Source of the DNA: the human T2T-CHM13v2.0 reference genome, Homo sapiens
Direction: 5' to 3' (one strand)
DNA: 64,000 nucleotides
NCBI RefSeq assembly: GCF_009914755.1
Contig: NC_060936.1
Shown here: positions 15,247-31,429 of the stretch, in pieces
Layout: each line of letters opens with the position of its first letter
Numbering within the stretch: the stretch's first letter is position 1
Program-made: the position numbers and the translations under genes
The notes under the pieces: model-generated
What the model saw: the letters and a program-made list of their open reading frames with translations, nothing else
What the model was told of the DNA's origin: nothing
Database searches by the model: none

Positions 15247-15754
15247 TGTAAATATTTCTTATAGATCAGTGAACACAATGCCATATTTTCTTACAATGCT
15301 GCACCCGACGGCTTCATGGGCCCTTCTAAGAAACGAAGAAACTGACCAGTAGACAGAACGGTGCCATATGTTTTGTTATGAGATATGGGCAAAAGGATTG
15401 CTGTCAGATGCCAGGCAATGAAAGTAAAGGCAGGAGGAATTTCCACCCTTGAAGTGAAATAAAGACATTTTAAAGCTACGGAGGTTGGTGTGAGCTATTC
15501 AGAGGTCACCAGGACCATCAGCATGTGGACTGTGTCACAGTTAAGTCTGCAATGTCTTCTTTTCCTTATTAGTATATAAAATAGTAGCGTGCCCAAAATC
15601 AGTATCTTAGTATATGAAATATTAATTTCTTAGAAAAAATCAATGCAAACCTATAAGCTTTAAAGGCCATTTTTTTTTCAGCTCTGACCTAGATGTAGCC
15701 TAACAGCCACAGCAGCCTTTTCCCACGCCAGCAGCATTCACTCCTAATAACAGG

Positions 15755-15990
15755 GATAGTGGCTAAGAGGGGGCTTCAGAGCCAGTCCCTCTAGGTTAAA
15801 ATTCCAGCTCTGCCACTTACTCATGGTGTGACCCTAAACAAGCTAGTTCTCTCTCCTGGGCTTCAATTTCTTCATCTGTGACAAAGATAACAGTACCCAT
15901 CTCATAGGGTTGTTACAACAATTAAATGAGACAGTATTGGTAGAGAGCTCAGAACAGTATCTCACACAGTGAGCATCATGTAAGTAATTG
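15755..15990 (+). mobile_element. MIR
   Basis: Core ccagctctgccacttac...tttcttcatctgt...cccatctcatagggttgtt...attaaatgag. Other MIR remnants lie near 5300, 11440, 13360, 18020, 38750, 42410 and 51230-51700. Confidence 0.8.
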
Positions 15991-18789
15991 TTAAATAAAA
16001 CTAGCACCTAGATTTTGGTGTCAAACTGTTCTCCAGAGAAAGAAGCCAGGGTTTCTTAGAGGGTAGTTCCATATCTTGGGGCGGGGAAAGTTAAGGATTG
16101 GCAAGGCTCAACGTGTGGCTAGTAGGAAGATAGAAGATGTTCATGGAGCTCAGGGGTAGTGATGAAAAGACAAATCACTAGCCAAGATGGGACAATGTGG
16201 GCATCAAAAATAGTAAGGCCATCTAAATGTGAAAGACATGATTTCATGATATCCCACACATGAAAAAGTTAATATAAAGCACACAATGAGGTGTTATCAT
16301 ACAAAAGAAAGGAAGAGAGTATCCATTCCACTTTATTTTAATAAATGGAAGAGTGCTAGGTGTTTTGTTTCTTCTATTAAATATTTATCCGTTTAAGTAG
16401 AGAAGAATGAACATCAGGAACTTAGTAATACTAGTCCTCGGTAAGACAGAGTAGACCAATAACAGGAAGGCTTTAACATACTTAAAAACCAGGGGGAAAG
16501 AAAATCGAAGTGTGTCAAGATGATGAATTCGCTAAATGTTCTAAGAGGTGTATTAACCACAGACTTCATCCCTCATATCCTAGGAGATAATACCCCTTCC
16601 ATGTCTTACTAATGGAGATAGTAATAGATCATATGGTAGCTTCCATATGATGATGCAAAGAACCAGGCAAAGATTAGGAGGACAGGACAATGGACTATGA
16701 GATGCCAGCCAAGCAAAACTTGGAAAAGAAAACATTCTGGGAGAAGCACCATGCTTCAAAAAAACTAGAACTTGTGTGGAAAGTATAACTCCAAAATCTT
16801 ACTGCTGTAACAAATTGTGGACAAATATAAAATGGAGCCTAGCCAGATGACCAGTGGCTTGGATTTGATGAAGCTAGAGATGGCCAAAAATAACTAGATC
16901 AGTTATCAGCTGGTCAGACTATCTTTCTGGCTCCAATAAAGTTTCTGTAATTGTGGAAATGTACTAGTACTATATTACTGTAGAAAAGTCTCAAAATGCA
17001 CATTGCTCTAACACTGGACACTATCAAAATATATGTTGCTACAAACTTAGGAAAGTAAACAGACAAGTTTAAGAACAACAAATGAACCACCATGGCATTG
17101 GTATTTTACAACAGCTTTAAGTATGTTTTATGTTTCATAATCACTGGATCTTTGTGTGCTGTTTCCAGTGTCAGGGGGCTCAAAAGAATCAACATTGCAG
17201 TTTAAGTTGTTAAAAGAGTTAAGTCGGTAATCCATGTTCAAACAGATTTCAGAAATTAATTTTCAAAGTTTGATTTTAGATACAAATTTAATAGTTTGAG
17301 CGCTAAATTACAAATAGTAGCAGGTGCTTCTCTCTATGAACAAAAACCCCTAGAATATTAAAGAATACATAAAGTGGGTCACCAACATGATGTCCAGAGG
17401 AGTAAACTGTATTTCTCCACATAAAAGACTATTCAGAAGCACAGTTATCCACTTCTTCCATCACCATGACCCCAAGGGAAACAAAAGGTAGAGGCAACAA
17501 TAGAAGAAGATATGAGATAAAAATGCTACACAGTTGATAAGAGTTCTTCCATATTAAAAGTAGGACAGGGGGATAATGGGAAATGAACTACAATAGAACC
17601 TGGCTTCAGTTTGTTGTATAAATCCAATCAGACATGTATAGCGTAACAACACGTTCCTTCTGTTATAGCTTTGAAATAAAATGAATCTGAAATGATGAAG
17701 AATATAAATGTGTCTAGAACAATGAAATACAATGGTGAAGTTTCAGATGTGGAGAGGGGTGAAAATGGAGCTGAGAAATACTCTCAAGATTCCACTGACC
17801 CATTTCCCCTACAGGGATTAAATCAAACAAGATCGATCACCTCCAAATCTTTGGGTTTATACCTGACAACTACTCTCCTGGCAAATTTAATGTTTTTCTT
17901 TTTGAAAGGCTGATATTATTATTTCTACAATTCTTTCTCCCTGTTCTTCCCACCCTCCATCTAAGACATGCAATCTAAATGCTCACTCATGGGAGAAAGG
18001 CAACAAAGCAAATGGCACTCACTGAGCACCAGCATGTGCCAGGCACTGCAGAGGGAGATTCCCATGATCATTACATTTCATCATCACGAGTCTTGGGAGC
18101 TGGATATTATTACCCTACTTTTAGTAATGGAGAAAATGGAGTTCTGCAGAAATGAGCAAATTGCACAAGGACATCAGTGCAGTTTGAGTGTTCAGACCTG
18201 TGTTCAGGTTTGCCACCAAACCCTGCAGGCTCTTCCACTGTCCCATGCTGCCTTTGGGTTCTCTGCCCCACTCTTTTTACTGGGACTGCCTGTCAGCGGT
18301 TCTTTCTCAAATGAATTGCCAAGTCAAAAACCTCAACTCTGAAACTCAGTTCCCAAAAAAGCAACATAAAAATGTTCTAGTCTAAGTCTCCTTTGTTTAT
18401 CCAGTAAGTACTTGTTACACAGAAGGCTGTATCATTCCAGCCTGAATCTCAATAGTGCTCTGTGTGACCTGGAGAATTTAAACGTGTACCTGTACCAAAA
18501 AGAGGAACTCATCCTAAGTTTTCTACTAGTCACACACGTGTGACAAGCTCTCCATACCAGCCTGCACTTCAGTTTCAGATCTGGAAAAAGGTGCCTAACA
18601 ACCAATGCAGCTCCCAGAGGCTGACAGAAAGAGTACCCTTCTCCCCCTCATGGCTGTCCTTGTAATGCTCTCTCTACATTCAGAACAGAGTGTAAAGGCT
18701 TTAAAACCAGCCTCTGAAGCTATCAGGGCAACATCAATTAAGATAATTTTTAAAAGCTCAAGGCAGAAAAGAAATTAACATTCCCTTTA

Positions 18790-19239
<450 letters not shown>

Positions 19240-19814
19240 TTATTTTTAAAATCCTACCCAAGGAAAGCATATTTTTACTAACCAAAAGTTATTTACCATC
19301 TGCACTCTGAATGTTATGCAAGTGGAGAAAACTAACCAAGAATGGCACATAAGGTTGAGTAGAAGTCCACGGCACAAATATGCTGGCTGAGGGGCCAAAG
19401 TGTGGTTTGTATCATAGTAGGGGCTGCAACCACCCGAAGGAATGGACTCCTCTTAAGTGCCAAGTTTATGCTATGGCAAGGAATAAATGGGTAACAAAAG
19501 AGATGCAGACCACACCCCGAAGGAGCCTCCAGTAGAGTGGGTAGATATTAAACAAATAATTACAAATTACTATGGACCACGTTTTCTCAACTCTAAGAAA
19601 AACATTTTCCCTTATCTATTTAATCCTCACATGCATCTTATCAGTTATGACTAATCCCTGGCTTACAGATGAGAAAACTGGCATTAACTATCTGCTTAAA
19701 GGGGTGGATTTGGGATTGGAACTTGGGCCAATGGACTCTGGAGACCATTCCTTTAAGGACAACACTACACCAGTTCCCACCAGTCCCCCACCCCACCCTA
19801 TCCCCTGGGCTTCT

Positions 19815-20630
19815 TAAGTATTAGAAAATGGAACCACTATTCACCCAGTTTCTCAGGCTGAAAATCCGGAATTATCTTTGACTCCTCTTTTTCTCACTCA
19901 GTTCACCAATCAATCCTGTCATCTTTCCTTTCAAACTATATCCAGAATCCTACTGCATTTTATTCCTTCCACTACTATCATCCTGGCCCAAACTGACATC
20001 ATCTTATACCCGGAGTAATGCAAAAGCTTTCAACTGCTTTTCCTGCTTTTGCCCCTGCTAGCTACAATTTACCTCCCACATGGTGGCCAAAGCCATCGTT
20101 CTAAAACAATTTCCCATGTTCCTCTGCGCAAAATCTCCCACTGACCTTCCATCTCAGCAGCCACTGGCCTCAGCCATCTAATCTCCTCTGGACCCTCATT
20201 TCCTATCTCCCTCTCCTTTGTTCCCTTCTCCCCAGCCACCCTCACCTCCCTGCTGGTCCTCAAACACAACAAGCATATCCCAATCTTGGTGTCCTTGCAC
20301 ATCTGATTTCTGCTGGCCAGCACACTCTTAAGCCCCCATCTGTTGATGTATGTCACTCTCTGATTTCACTCAGGTCAACAACTAACCTCCCTAGAGGGCT
20401 CTTCTCTGACACTCTCTGTGAAGGAGCATGGCCCTCTTTTTTGTCTGTCTCATTCTTTGGACTCTTCCCTGCACTTACAGGTAGCTGTCATCACACTACA
20501 TATTTATTTGCAAATTATCTGCTTCACCCACTAGAATAGAGGCTGTCTGTGGGCAGAGACTGCTTTGCTCACCATTTCCCCAGCACTTAAAACATCACCT
20601 TCGCACGTGGCAGTGAACAAAAGAATGCGT
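19815..20630 (+). mobile_element. L2 3' region
   Basis: Pyrimidine-rich L2 motifs (cacccagtttctcaggctgaaa...ctttgactcctc; cactagaat...gggcagagac...cccagcactt). More L2 remnants near 20750-21040, 25640-25920 and 26660-27010. Confidence 0.75.
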
Positions 20631-23600
20631 CTCAAAGTATTATTAAAGCAAGTCAGTAGTGTGTATTATAATGAATACCATTGTGGAATTGAAGAATGAC
20701 ATAATTATAATACCAACTATTGTGCTGAAGATTACGGAGGTTTTAATAACATTAATTGCAGAGAGGTGGTAATTTATCCTGGGGTTCAGAAATGGCCTCG
20801 AGGAAGGGCTATTGAAGTTGAAACCTGAGGCTAAGCAGGAGTTAACCAGGTAGAGTGGTGGGGAGGCCATTCTCCACAGATGAACCAGTATGCACGAAAA
20901 GCCTGGAGTGGAGAAGAAACATGACAGCAGGTTGGAGAAAATGCAAAAGAATGAGTGTGGATGGAGCACAGGAGAGAGGGGAGGATGGAAGGGAATCGGA
21001 AAGAGACAAGACCATATGAGGTGCTGTGGGCCACATTATCAAATTGTGATTAAGTGAATACATTGGGATGCTTATGTCTATTTATATTAATCAGTTTAAG
21101 ATGTGCCTATTCATATTCTTTTGTAGTTCAGGAAAAGTTTGAATAACCTAAAGATTATCAGTCCCTCAAAAGAACTTTTCAGTAACATAACCAGGGGCAG
21201 GTATTGGCAGGAGGGCATTCAAAGAGAGAAAGATACTAATTCTTTGGACATTTTCTCTATTTCTTTTTTTTTAATGAAGCAATATATTTAAGTCAATTGT
21301 ATAAAAATAATTTAGCACATTGGATTCAGAAATCTGATGCCTGTGATGACAATTTTTAGAGAAAATTCCTTTTATGTCTATATCCTTTTGACTTATGGCA
21401 CTTTATCCAGGCTAACACACCATGACTGAGAGAATTAGCTGACGAAGGAAGGGCTTAGCAGTTGCTTAGCGATATCTCTTGATAAGAAAAACGGTCACCA
21501 CCTCCTGCCTGTCCCATGCATTAACAACTGTTATCTCCCTCTAGCAATACTCATTTTATCTGAAGAATCAGACCAAGCCATTGGAGCACCAGCCAGCAAA
21601 TCTGAGGTATACAAAGCAGCTGCCGGCAAGGAAGCTTACTCTAGTTCAGAATACAAAGTACTCACAGGTGAACTGTTAAATAATAATGGAAGGTTTAAAT
21701 AAAGATCCATGATAAAAACTAAAAAAATTATGTAAATATTTGAGCACCTACAATGTGGCAGGCTCCGCAAACTGGGAACAAAAACAAGAGAATGTGGGAC
21801 AGAAAATCTCCAGTGGCCATGAAATCTCACCACCACTACCTACTTCCCAAGGCCTAGAAAGCAAATCAGCTAAAAACCTGAAAAGCTAGAAGTAATGTAA
21901 ATTACTGGTATTCTTCAGGGGGTCTAATGATATCTGTATCAGATATGTGGTCCCTACACGGCACTCCAAAGTCTGAGTGGGGCTAGCAAAAATTGAGCAG
22001 AGTGGCACTGTGATCATCAGAAAGATATTTCCCCCAACAATATGACAAGATCTGAAATTATACGAGTTTGTCAAATTTTTAAACCCTACGATGTAAAAGT
22101 TCTCCTTAATGTCCCAAAAGGCAATTTTTACTTTAACACATTTTTAAATTAAAGGTAGAGCTCAAAACTGTTAGTTTTTCTTGCATATCAGATTTCCAAG
22201 AAATATGTTTGTTATCTTGTACAATTCATTTACTGACCTTAATTACCTAAATGTACGAGTCAGCATTACCTGACAAGTCCGTTTGGAGATCTTACAGTGT
22301 GTGAGGGCACCCATCCTCCAGTCCCCAGCTCCTCTTGAGCCTCATCTTTCAACCCCAGCATTTACTTATTTCTGAGCCTTTGCACATCAGTTTCTACTTT
22401 CAGAGAATGGGTTGGCTGATTCCTGCTAATCACTCATCCTTCAGGTCCTAGCTTTGCCTGTGCACTCTGCAAGGGCAGGCACCACGCTTTCCCTCTACTG
22501 CATGCCCATCATCTACTCCATCACCTGTCACAAAGTAGGACAGATGTCTAACAAATTTTGTTTGAAGAAATGAACCACTGTCATCTCCCCAAGAAAACTT
22601 CCCCCAAACCAGAACACTGGTTAGGTAGCCCTCTCATCCTGTCCCTCACACATGTGTACTCCAATGACACCCCTTATCTCCTGATCCTTAGGTTGCTTAT
22701 CTCCTTTGCTAGATTTAATTCTCAAAGCCTCAGGTCTTGTCTTGGTTCTTGTTAAATCCCAGAGTCTTCACAACAGTTGGCAACATTTGCTGATATTCCT
22801 TATTAAATCTTTGAGGAACTCACCTGTTTCCCCCTTTCAATTAAAACAGAAAAAGATGGCATCCATTTCACAATACTCTTGAGCCTACAACGCAAAAAAG
22901 TGGTGATTATATGAAAGGACTCTAATTAGAAATTCAGATAACATAGTGAAAAACTACTTATGAAGCTAACAATATTCATTTAGCAGAAAAAATTATTTCT
23001 TCACAGTCCCAACTTACTGCCTAGGACAGTAAAATCTAGAACCACCTTCATTCCCCAAACAACCATTAACTTTACTTTTCTAAGTACTGATAAAACTTGC
23101 GGGCTACATTATGGTGGCAGTAACAGATGTTTATTTTTCATTCACTCTACGCGTCCATTTCAGGTTGGCTCCGTGTCTCTTCTCTCAGGAAGGACAGGGC
23201 TTCCACAATCTGGAGGGTCACCCCTTGCTGAGGCAGAAGGAATAGGAGGGGAAGAGCAGTGTGCCCAGGAGGAGGAGACTTGAAGTTGAGAATTGGTGAG
23301 CAGCATCTTAATGGCCATCACACGAGATTTGGCAGAAATGTACAGAATGTACAAGAGTAGTTAACCTTCTACTATGATATCCCAGAAGGTAAGTCTGAAT
23401 CAATATACAGACTCAATCTGTTTTTTGTTTTTCAAAGCTAATAAGACAAACGCAGGTATTAACTCACTACAGGGCAATTAACCAAAAAAAGAATCCACCA
23501 CAATGTAATTGGACAAGGGAACATATCCATACTCCCAGAGTACCTACAAGAGAATTTTATTAACAGACTGACGTAGCTCTAGAAACTAAAAGCAGATTTG

Positions 23601-24384
23601 TTCCCCAGCTGTTCCTAGGTATTGACACAGTGAAGCCTCAGCATTATCCAACTGCTTCCACCTGGCACTGTCAAAAACCATTAGTTTGTAGATGATTCCA
23701 CAGGCACGGAGTATCCACCATGTCCTTTACAGCTACTATAATTTATACTCACATTTTGAACAAATATAAATGCAGGCTCATGCAAAGCATATGGTATGGG
23801 CAGGCAGAGTGAAGGAAAGATCACAGCAGAAGGGACCCCATGGAGAGCTTAAGGGAGAAGCAAGGCTATAGGTAAATTCTTCAAGTTCCAAAGAAAGTGA
23901 TATGGATAAAATTGTTAATGAAGATGGGGAAGAAAGGGAGGAAATGTTCTAGAAAGCTTGGGGAACATCAGTATTTAAGGGAGATTTGAGAAGAAAAGGG
24001 AATGTGGTGAGAAAACTAGAAAAAGAACCTGAAGGAGTCCCCAGAAGTTACAGGATAAAAGACTTCGTGGACTAGAGAGTGAGCAGCGACAATTACTGTT
24101 GCGGTGAGGATGTGGAAGATGCGCACATTTTCAAAGTGACCATCTGCACCTAGAAGGTCACTACAGGTGAGCGTTTTCCTAAGTAGCACTGAAGTGGAAG
24201 CAATGCATGGAGAGCACCCCACAGTTTCCCAGGCGCATCCTACTCTGCCCTTCCATGCACCCACACTCGCTTTCCTTTCCAGCTCTCCACTGTCTGGCTG
24301 GCTGCTTTATGGTTCAGCTCCTGACTCATGTCCTGGGGAAGCCTTCCTACAGTGGCTTGTTCGGCTGGATGGGACTCCTGCTAG

Positions 24385-24775
<391 letters not shown>

Positions 24776-24810
24776 CAATATACATTTCTATAAGGAAGGA
24801 AATAAAGGAG

Positions 24811-25196
24811 TGCTGTAGTTTGGTTTGTCCCCACCAAGTCTCAGGTTGAAATCTGATCCCCAATGTTGAAATTGGAGCCTAGTGGGAGGTGTTTGGGTCA
24901 CGGAGTCAAATCTCTCAAGAATGGCTTGGTGCATCTTCATGGCAATGAGTGAGTTCTGACTCTATTAGTTCCTGAGAGCTGGTTGTTTTAAGGAGCTTGG
25001 CACCTCCTTTCCTCTCTTGCCATGTGACCTCTGCACATGCTGGCTGTCCTTTGCCTTCAACCATGAGTGGAAGCAGCCAGAGGCTTTCGCCAGATGCCCA
25101 ATCTTCCAGCCAGAAGAATCATGAGCCAAATAAATGTTTTTTCTTTAGAAATTACCTAGCCTTTGGTATTCCTTAACAGCAACACAAACTAAGACA
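24811..25196 (+). mobile_element. MSTB-like MaLR solo LTR
   Basis: TG...CA ends, perfect 5-bp TSD AGGAG, homologous to 6285-6731. Confidence 0.88.
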
Positions 25197-28100
25197 AGGA
25201 GGGGAAGATTTTCTTAAAAAGGGAGCAATAGTACACACAGTAACTTGAAGGGGTGATGCAGCCTGGAAAAGGAAGTGTGTTGTTTTACCCAATAGCAATG
25301 ACTTAGCACATCTGTGGGAGAGGGAAGGTGATGGAGGGTTAAAGACACAGGACGCTAGGACAACAAATGAAAGAAATGGAAGACACAAGCGTGCTGTGTG
25401 GAGTGTTAACATTTAGCCTTCTCCATTATCATTCAAGAGGAAGACAATACTGGAAGGTCTTCCAATGACAATTATATGCATCAGCCTAGAAGTGACACTT
25501 CATTTATGCTCAAATATACTGGCCAGAACTAGTCACATGGACTCATCTACCTACAAAGGGAGCAGAGAAGTGTAAGCCTCCCATGTGCCCACACGGAGAA
25601 AGAAGGGTATGCGCTAGATGTCGCTAACATCTCTCTTCCTTATTCCCAAACAGTCCCACAATCTATTAGCTTTACTATCTAGAAAGCCTCCAACAAGGCC
25701 TCTTCTCCAACTCACCATTGTACTTCACCCTTCATCTGTTTCACTCCCATATCTGCTACTTTTCCCAAACATAAACCTCATGTCATTCCCAATACTTGCT
25801 TACTAAAAAAAATTCTTTGTGGCTGCTCACTGCTTATGATGTAAATAAAGTTCCTTTTGATGACATACAAGGGCGTTCACAATCTTATGCAAACCTACCT
25901 CTTCAGCCCTGTCCCTGCCTCTATGCAGTTTTTGTTTTTTGTTGTTGTTGTTAAGAGTTAGTGCCTTCTGGACTCTTACTTGGATGATTTTTAACTGCAA
26001 TGAGTTAGAAATCTCAGGACAAAAGAAACTTGGCTTAGGGTTTCAGTGGCTCTTTATTTCTTGGCATATGTGGTGAGTGCCTGCAGCGCCTGCAGCCCTC
26101 TGCCTCACGCGCGACCTTCAGGAGTTCTGCTGTCTGCTCCAGCACTGGCTCTGCTCCCTGCGTGGTTCAATCAGGAATGGTTGGAGGGCTTTGGGCACAG
26201 CTGCAGCAGAGTTTGTGCAGGAAACGTCCAGGTGATCAAACCAGCAAATGAGGGATTATTACCTTTTCTGTAGCAAAAATTGTGGTCCTTAGTGAATTCA
26301 CCTGGGACCTCCATCCATGACACATCCCAGGTTTTACCTGAGAAGGAAAGTCCCTCCCACTTCCCCTTCAATCCTGGATACATTGCATACAGGCGTACCC
26401 AAGAGCAGCCCAGCAAGAGTCCTAAATACAGAGGCATCATTCAGACATGATTGAAGGGAATCACCAATCCTACAGAGAGGTTCCAGAGGACATGCCTGGC
26501 AGACCTAAAGAGCAGTCAAATGTTACCAGCACCCACTCTTTCTGTAAGAAGGAAGAACCATTGTATGTCTAGTGTCAGGTGGTTCAGGCTCCACGTGGGG
26601 ATTCTGACAGGCCTACAAATAGTCACAAAAGATTTTTCTAATTCCCAGAAATAGCCGCTTTCAAACCGTCATGACCTTCCTCATGCTGCTGTCTCCCTCA
26701 TGTGCCTCCTCTACACAAAACCTGTTCTTCCAGGGTTCGAACAGTCAGTCAGCTTTGCTCACCCCTTCCCATTTTCTCCAAACTTAGAATTAACCAGCCT
26801 GTGCCCATTTGCTGGGTTCCCAGCACATGTGATCAATGCCTTCATCACAGTAGCTTATTATATTATAGTTATACACACAATGTCTCCCCTGCTAACTTGT
26901 GAGCCCCTTGAAAATAGAAAATATATTTTTTAACCTTCAGAGCCTTCCTTACACTCCATGAGGAGGTTTAATAAATGTTAGCTGACTGAAAACTGAGTTA
27001 ACTGAATGGTTTTCTGTCAACCGAGCTGAAATAGTCTTAAGTTTTACTTGTAACTAATATGGCTTGCTAAATATGGGCATTGTTGATCATACATCATCTT
27101 CTTTAATAAACAATCTTAACTATCAAACCATTTAATAACATAACACAATCTAAACATCTTCTGTTTTGGTATCTGTCTCATAATATAGTCTGAAAAGTGT
27201 GAATGTTAGGTAGAGATGGTTCATCTTTAAGTCTATAAGTACCTAACCAATGATATTTACTGAATAGAATAAACTATTTAGATTCCTAACAGAGCTGCAA
27301 AACTGGCTTTACTGATGAGGTAAATCACTGCTTTGAGATATAGTAAAAATAAATATATCTCAGGAAAAGATATGTACTTAAGTGCAAACACCAAGAGTAT
27401 TTTTTTTTTTGGTGACAAAAAAATTACTTGAGCATACTGTTTTAAATGAATTGTACTTAAATCAGAAGAACTCTACTATAGAAATGGATGCTGAAGCAGT
27501 TCTGGTATAAATGGAGTTACTGAAAAGTAATAAATCAATCCTTGAAGAATATTCAAAAGCACATTAGGGAGGAAGCTGATGTAGGCAGAGTCCCAGTCAT
27601 TCATCCTTAGCCACTTAACCCTGATGACCTTCAAGGAGCTATTGATGCTAGCTGTCGGTCGCTTAACATCTGAAATGAACAGACCACTAGTTACCCTCTA
27701 CTTTAAAAAAAAAAAAAAAAGGTAGCATGTGAAAGTTCAACTTACAAAGAACCAATACTGATTAACAGTACCATTCTGAACATTATGAAAATGTCTTGCA
27801 CTGACATAGGTCACAAAGCAAGCTTCCTGGTGCTTTTAAAATATAATTTGACTTATGTGAATTTTCAAAACCAAACCTCAAGCAAGCCTCTGCGTCCTTT
27901 ACTCAGGTCAGAGATGCTGAGAGCAGTACAGTGACACGTGGCTGCAGGGCCACGTATAAGTACAAAGTATTGATTAAAATTACATCAAGTGCAGCTGCTT
28001 TCTGCGGCAATTTAACGGCCAAAGTGGGAGAACATTAGCTCTGTGCCAAGTGGCAGCACAATTCTGACAGCCATGTAGATGTCCTCAGGTCACCCACCTA

Positions 28101-31100
28101 CAGACAACTTGGGGCTAAATGAAAAGGCTGAAATCAGATCTAGTTGTGATCTTCATTTCTTTTTTTCCTGGAAGGGTCAGTAAGAGCTTTCAATTTTACA
28201 TTTTTTCAACTTTTAGTCGACCCTAATTAGATATCTACATACCTTACAAATTATAATTTGGCTGTAACAGAACCATGTCTCAAAATGGACATTCCAAAGT
28301 GGAAGGAAAAGCTTGTCATCACCACCATGATTTTGTTTGCTTCACTGATAAGATTTTGAAGCATATCCCCCTTCCAGGCAAATATTTCAAATCATCCTTT
28401 CTGGACAATATAGTAACATATCACATTACTTTAAAAGAATTAGGGGAGAAAAGCCTAAACATTTAGTCTCTTTTAATTCAGGATAGGCTACTGAAGTTTA
28501 TTTTTATTTTTTGATTTTTTTTTCTGGAGACGATATTATAACCTGTGCTTGGTGCTCATTCTTCATGCTGTAAAGGGTGGGGAGAGCAGGATACTGTCCT
28601 CTAAGCAAGGGGATTAGTTTCCACTACACCATACTTGGTTTTTCGTGCTGTTAGATTTAGACATTTGTTTCATAAAATCAAATGTAACTAGATTTTCAAT
28701 TCACTTCCACTTTTTGTTAAAATGCATATTCAGAGATTTTAAGATAAAGCAGACAAGGCAGATGAAAAAATGTTAATTTGTAATGTATACAAATATCCCA
28801 CTGAAAAGTCAGTAGAAATTAAGAAGTACCCAACTTCTCTTATGACACTTACTCCCACAGCACTGTACAGCTGGGAAGGGCTAAGTCGATGACCTAACTT
28901 TATGAATATGCAAACTGAGGATTTAAAAAGTGAGGCTGCTTGCTGAAGCCACAGACTGGCTAGAGAAAGAGCCAAGACTACCTCAAGCTGCCCCTTCAAG
29001 TTATTGATCATGGTGCCACCCCAGCACCATGCTACTCCTCTGTCATGCTGTGCATGGGTTCTCAATTTTTCATTAACTTATTTTCCCAAGAAGAGTGTGA
29101 GCCTCCCAAGGTTAAAACCTCTGTATCTTTTGCCTCTTAAGACATGTGAAGCATACAGTAAATGCATGATGGTACCAAAATAGGGGCAATTGAAACCTAA
29201 ATATTAAAGTGAAGCAATAATGCTTTTTAATCAGTATGTCCAGCTCACCAAAACACTACTTTGGTAAAGTACATTAAAGTATATAGCTAACACTTCCCAA
29301 AACAATTTTCAATCTAAACATTGATCTTTTCTAACTATTAAATAATGTCACAAGAAATATTAGGAAAGTCCATTTTGAGTATTTTTCCCAGAAAAATGTC
29401 ACTTTTCAAATTATAGCTTAGCAAAGATTTACCTACAAGGAGGTTCATCCCAGGACTGCTTTCAATAGTAAAAACTTGGCTAACATCAAGGAAAAAAAAT
29501 GTGTGTTACAACCATAAATAGAATACAATGCAGCTATTAAAAATGATAGAGTAAAATATTTGTTTACATGGGAAGACAGTGACTCCATTTGAAGTGAAAA
29601 AACTCATCAGTATGTAGAATTATCGCAGTTGGAAAATAGATATGTACTAATAGGTGCACACAAATTATCAATCGAAGCTAATTACAGGTGATAGAATATA
29701 TGGATAGTTTATGTTCTAAGTTCCTGACTAACCAATGCCTTCCTCCACTTTGACAGGTTAGTAAACATCTAAAGATAATTTGAAGTTCTTCTCATCCACA
29801 GTCAGTGGAGATAGAAATTTTTACAAGAGAAACTTTTGCCAAAGGGTCAAACTCTGCTAGAAAAATAATAGTCTCAGCATGAGTTTAATTAAACTTGCAG
29901 CTGACATGCATTGTGCCTCTCGGGCAACTTGTAGCACTTTGGAAAGCAAGAAAATAAAACTATTAAAAGACTGTTTTTCAACAAGAAAGAGGACATCAGG
30001 GACGTTAAAATAGTGTTCCTGAGGAAGGTGCTACACTTCTGAAACCCAAACAAAATGATCTTGACACTCATCTGAGTATAGTTTGTTGGTAACTCAGGTG
30101 ATAAAAAATCCAAACCTGTGAGCAGAGAGTCCTAGCCTGTGGTCCAGGCTCCTTGAAGACCTGGAAAGGTAGAAATAGGAGATCTAACCTGTTTTAAATG
30201 TTGCGGGGTGGGGGCTGGGGGAGAAGCTAATGACTAACATTGTGGGCAAGAAGTACTCAAGGTTAACAAAGGTTAATCCTTTGCTTTTGGCTGAAATGTT
30301 ATCAGTTCAATATGATTTTCACTACACCTTCATGATTAGGAGATATGATGTATCTGGTTAATTTTTTTTAATAGAAGTAATTTAATGCTTATTTAATACA
30401 GCTTGCTGGACAAAATTTTTCACAAGGAATTCATCCAAGAAAATGAAATAATAAAAGGGCTCATGATGTTGAGAAGGTTGGGAACCAGGACTTGAGGAAT
30501 TTACAGCACAAGTCCTCATGGAGCCCAGAACCAGATACAAATCACATCTGGTGGTCCCTCTGAGGATGGCAAGGCAGGTGGCAAGGCTTCAGGTGGTGTG
30601 CAAGGGGCAAAAGGGCAGCGTGGCCAGGTAGTCTCTGTCAGCACTAAACTGATGACAGGGGAATGGGGAGAAGAGGACAGGCAGGGCTTCAAGTATGGGG
30701 CCCATGTGATTCCCAGCTGAACACCAAGATTAAAAAAAAATACATAAATAAACACCAGCTGCTGTAGTCAGAGTTGCCAATTCTTCTCTTCTTCCCATTT
30801 GCTGCTGCACTGAGTCACCAGCCCAGTTCTGGACACCTGGTTCTAACAACAGAGCAGCATGGTCCTCTGTGGCATAGCCTCATTGTTAATAATCACAGGG
30901 AGAATTGCCAAGAGGGCATCTAATCGCACTCTTTGGCTCCACTCCAAACCATACCTTATGGGGAAACACTGTCCTAAAAGGCTGATAAAATTACTGTTTG
31001 TCCCAAATGTATCTTTTAGAGTCCATCCTCCTCGGTTACTTATTTACAACAAAATATTATAGCTATTTCCTCTTTTATGTTACAAAAAATCCTCTTTTTA

Positions 31101-31101
31101 A

Positions 31102-31429
<328 letters not shown>

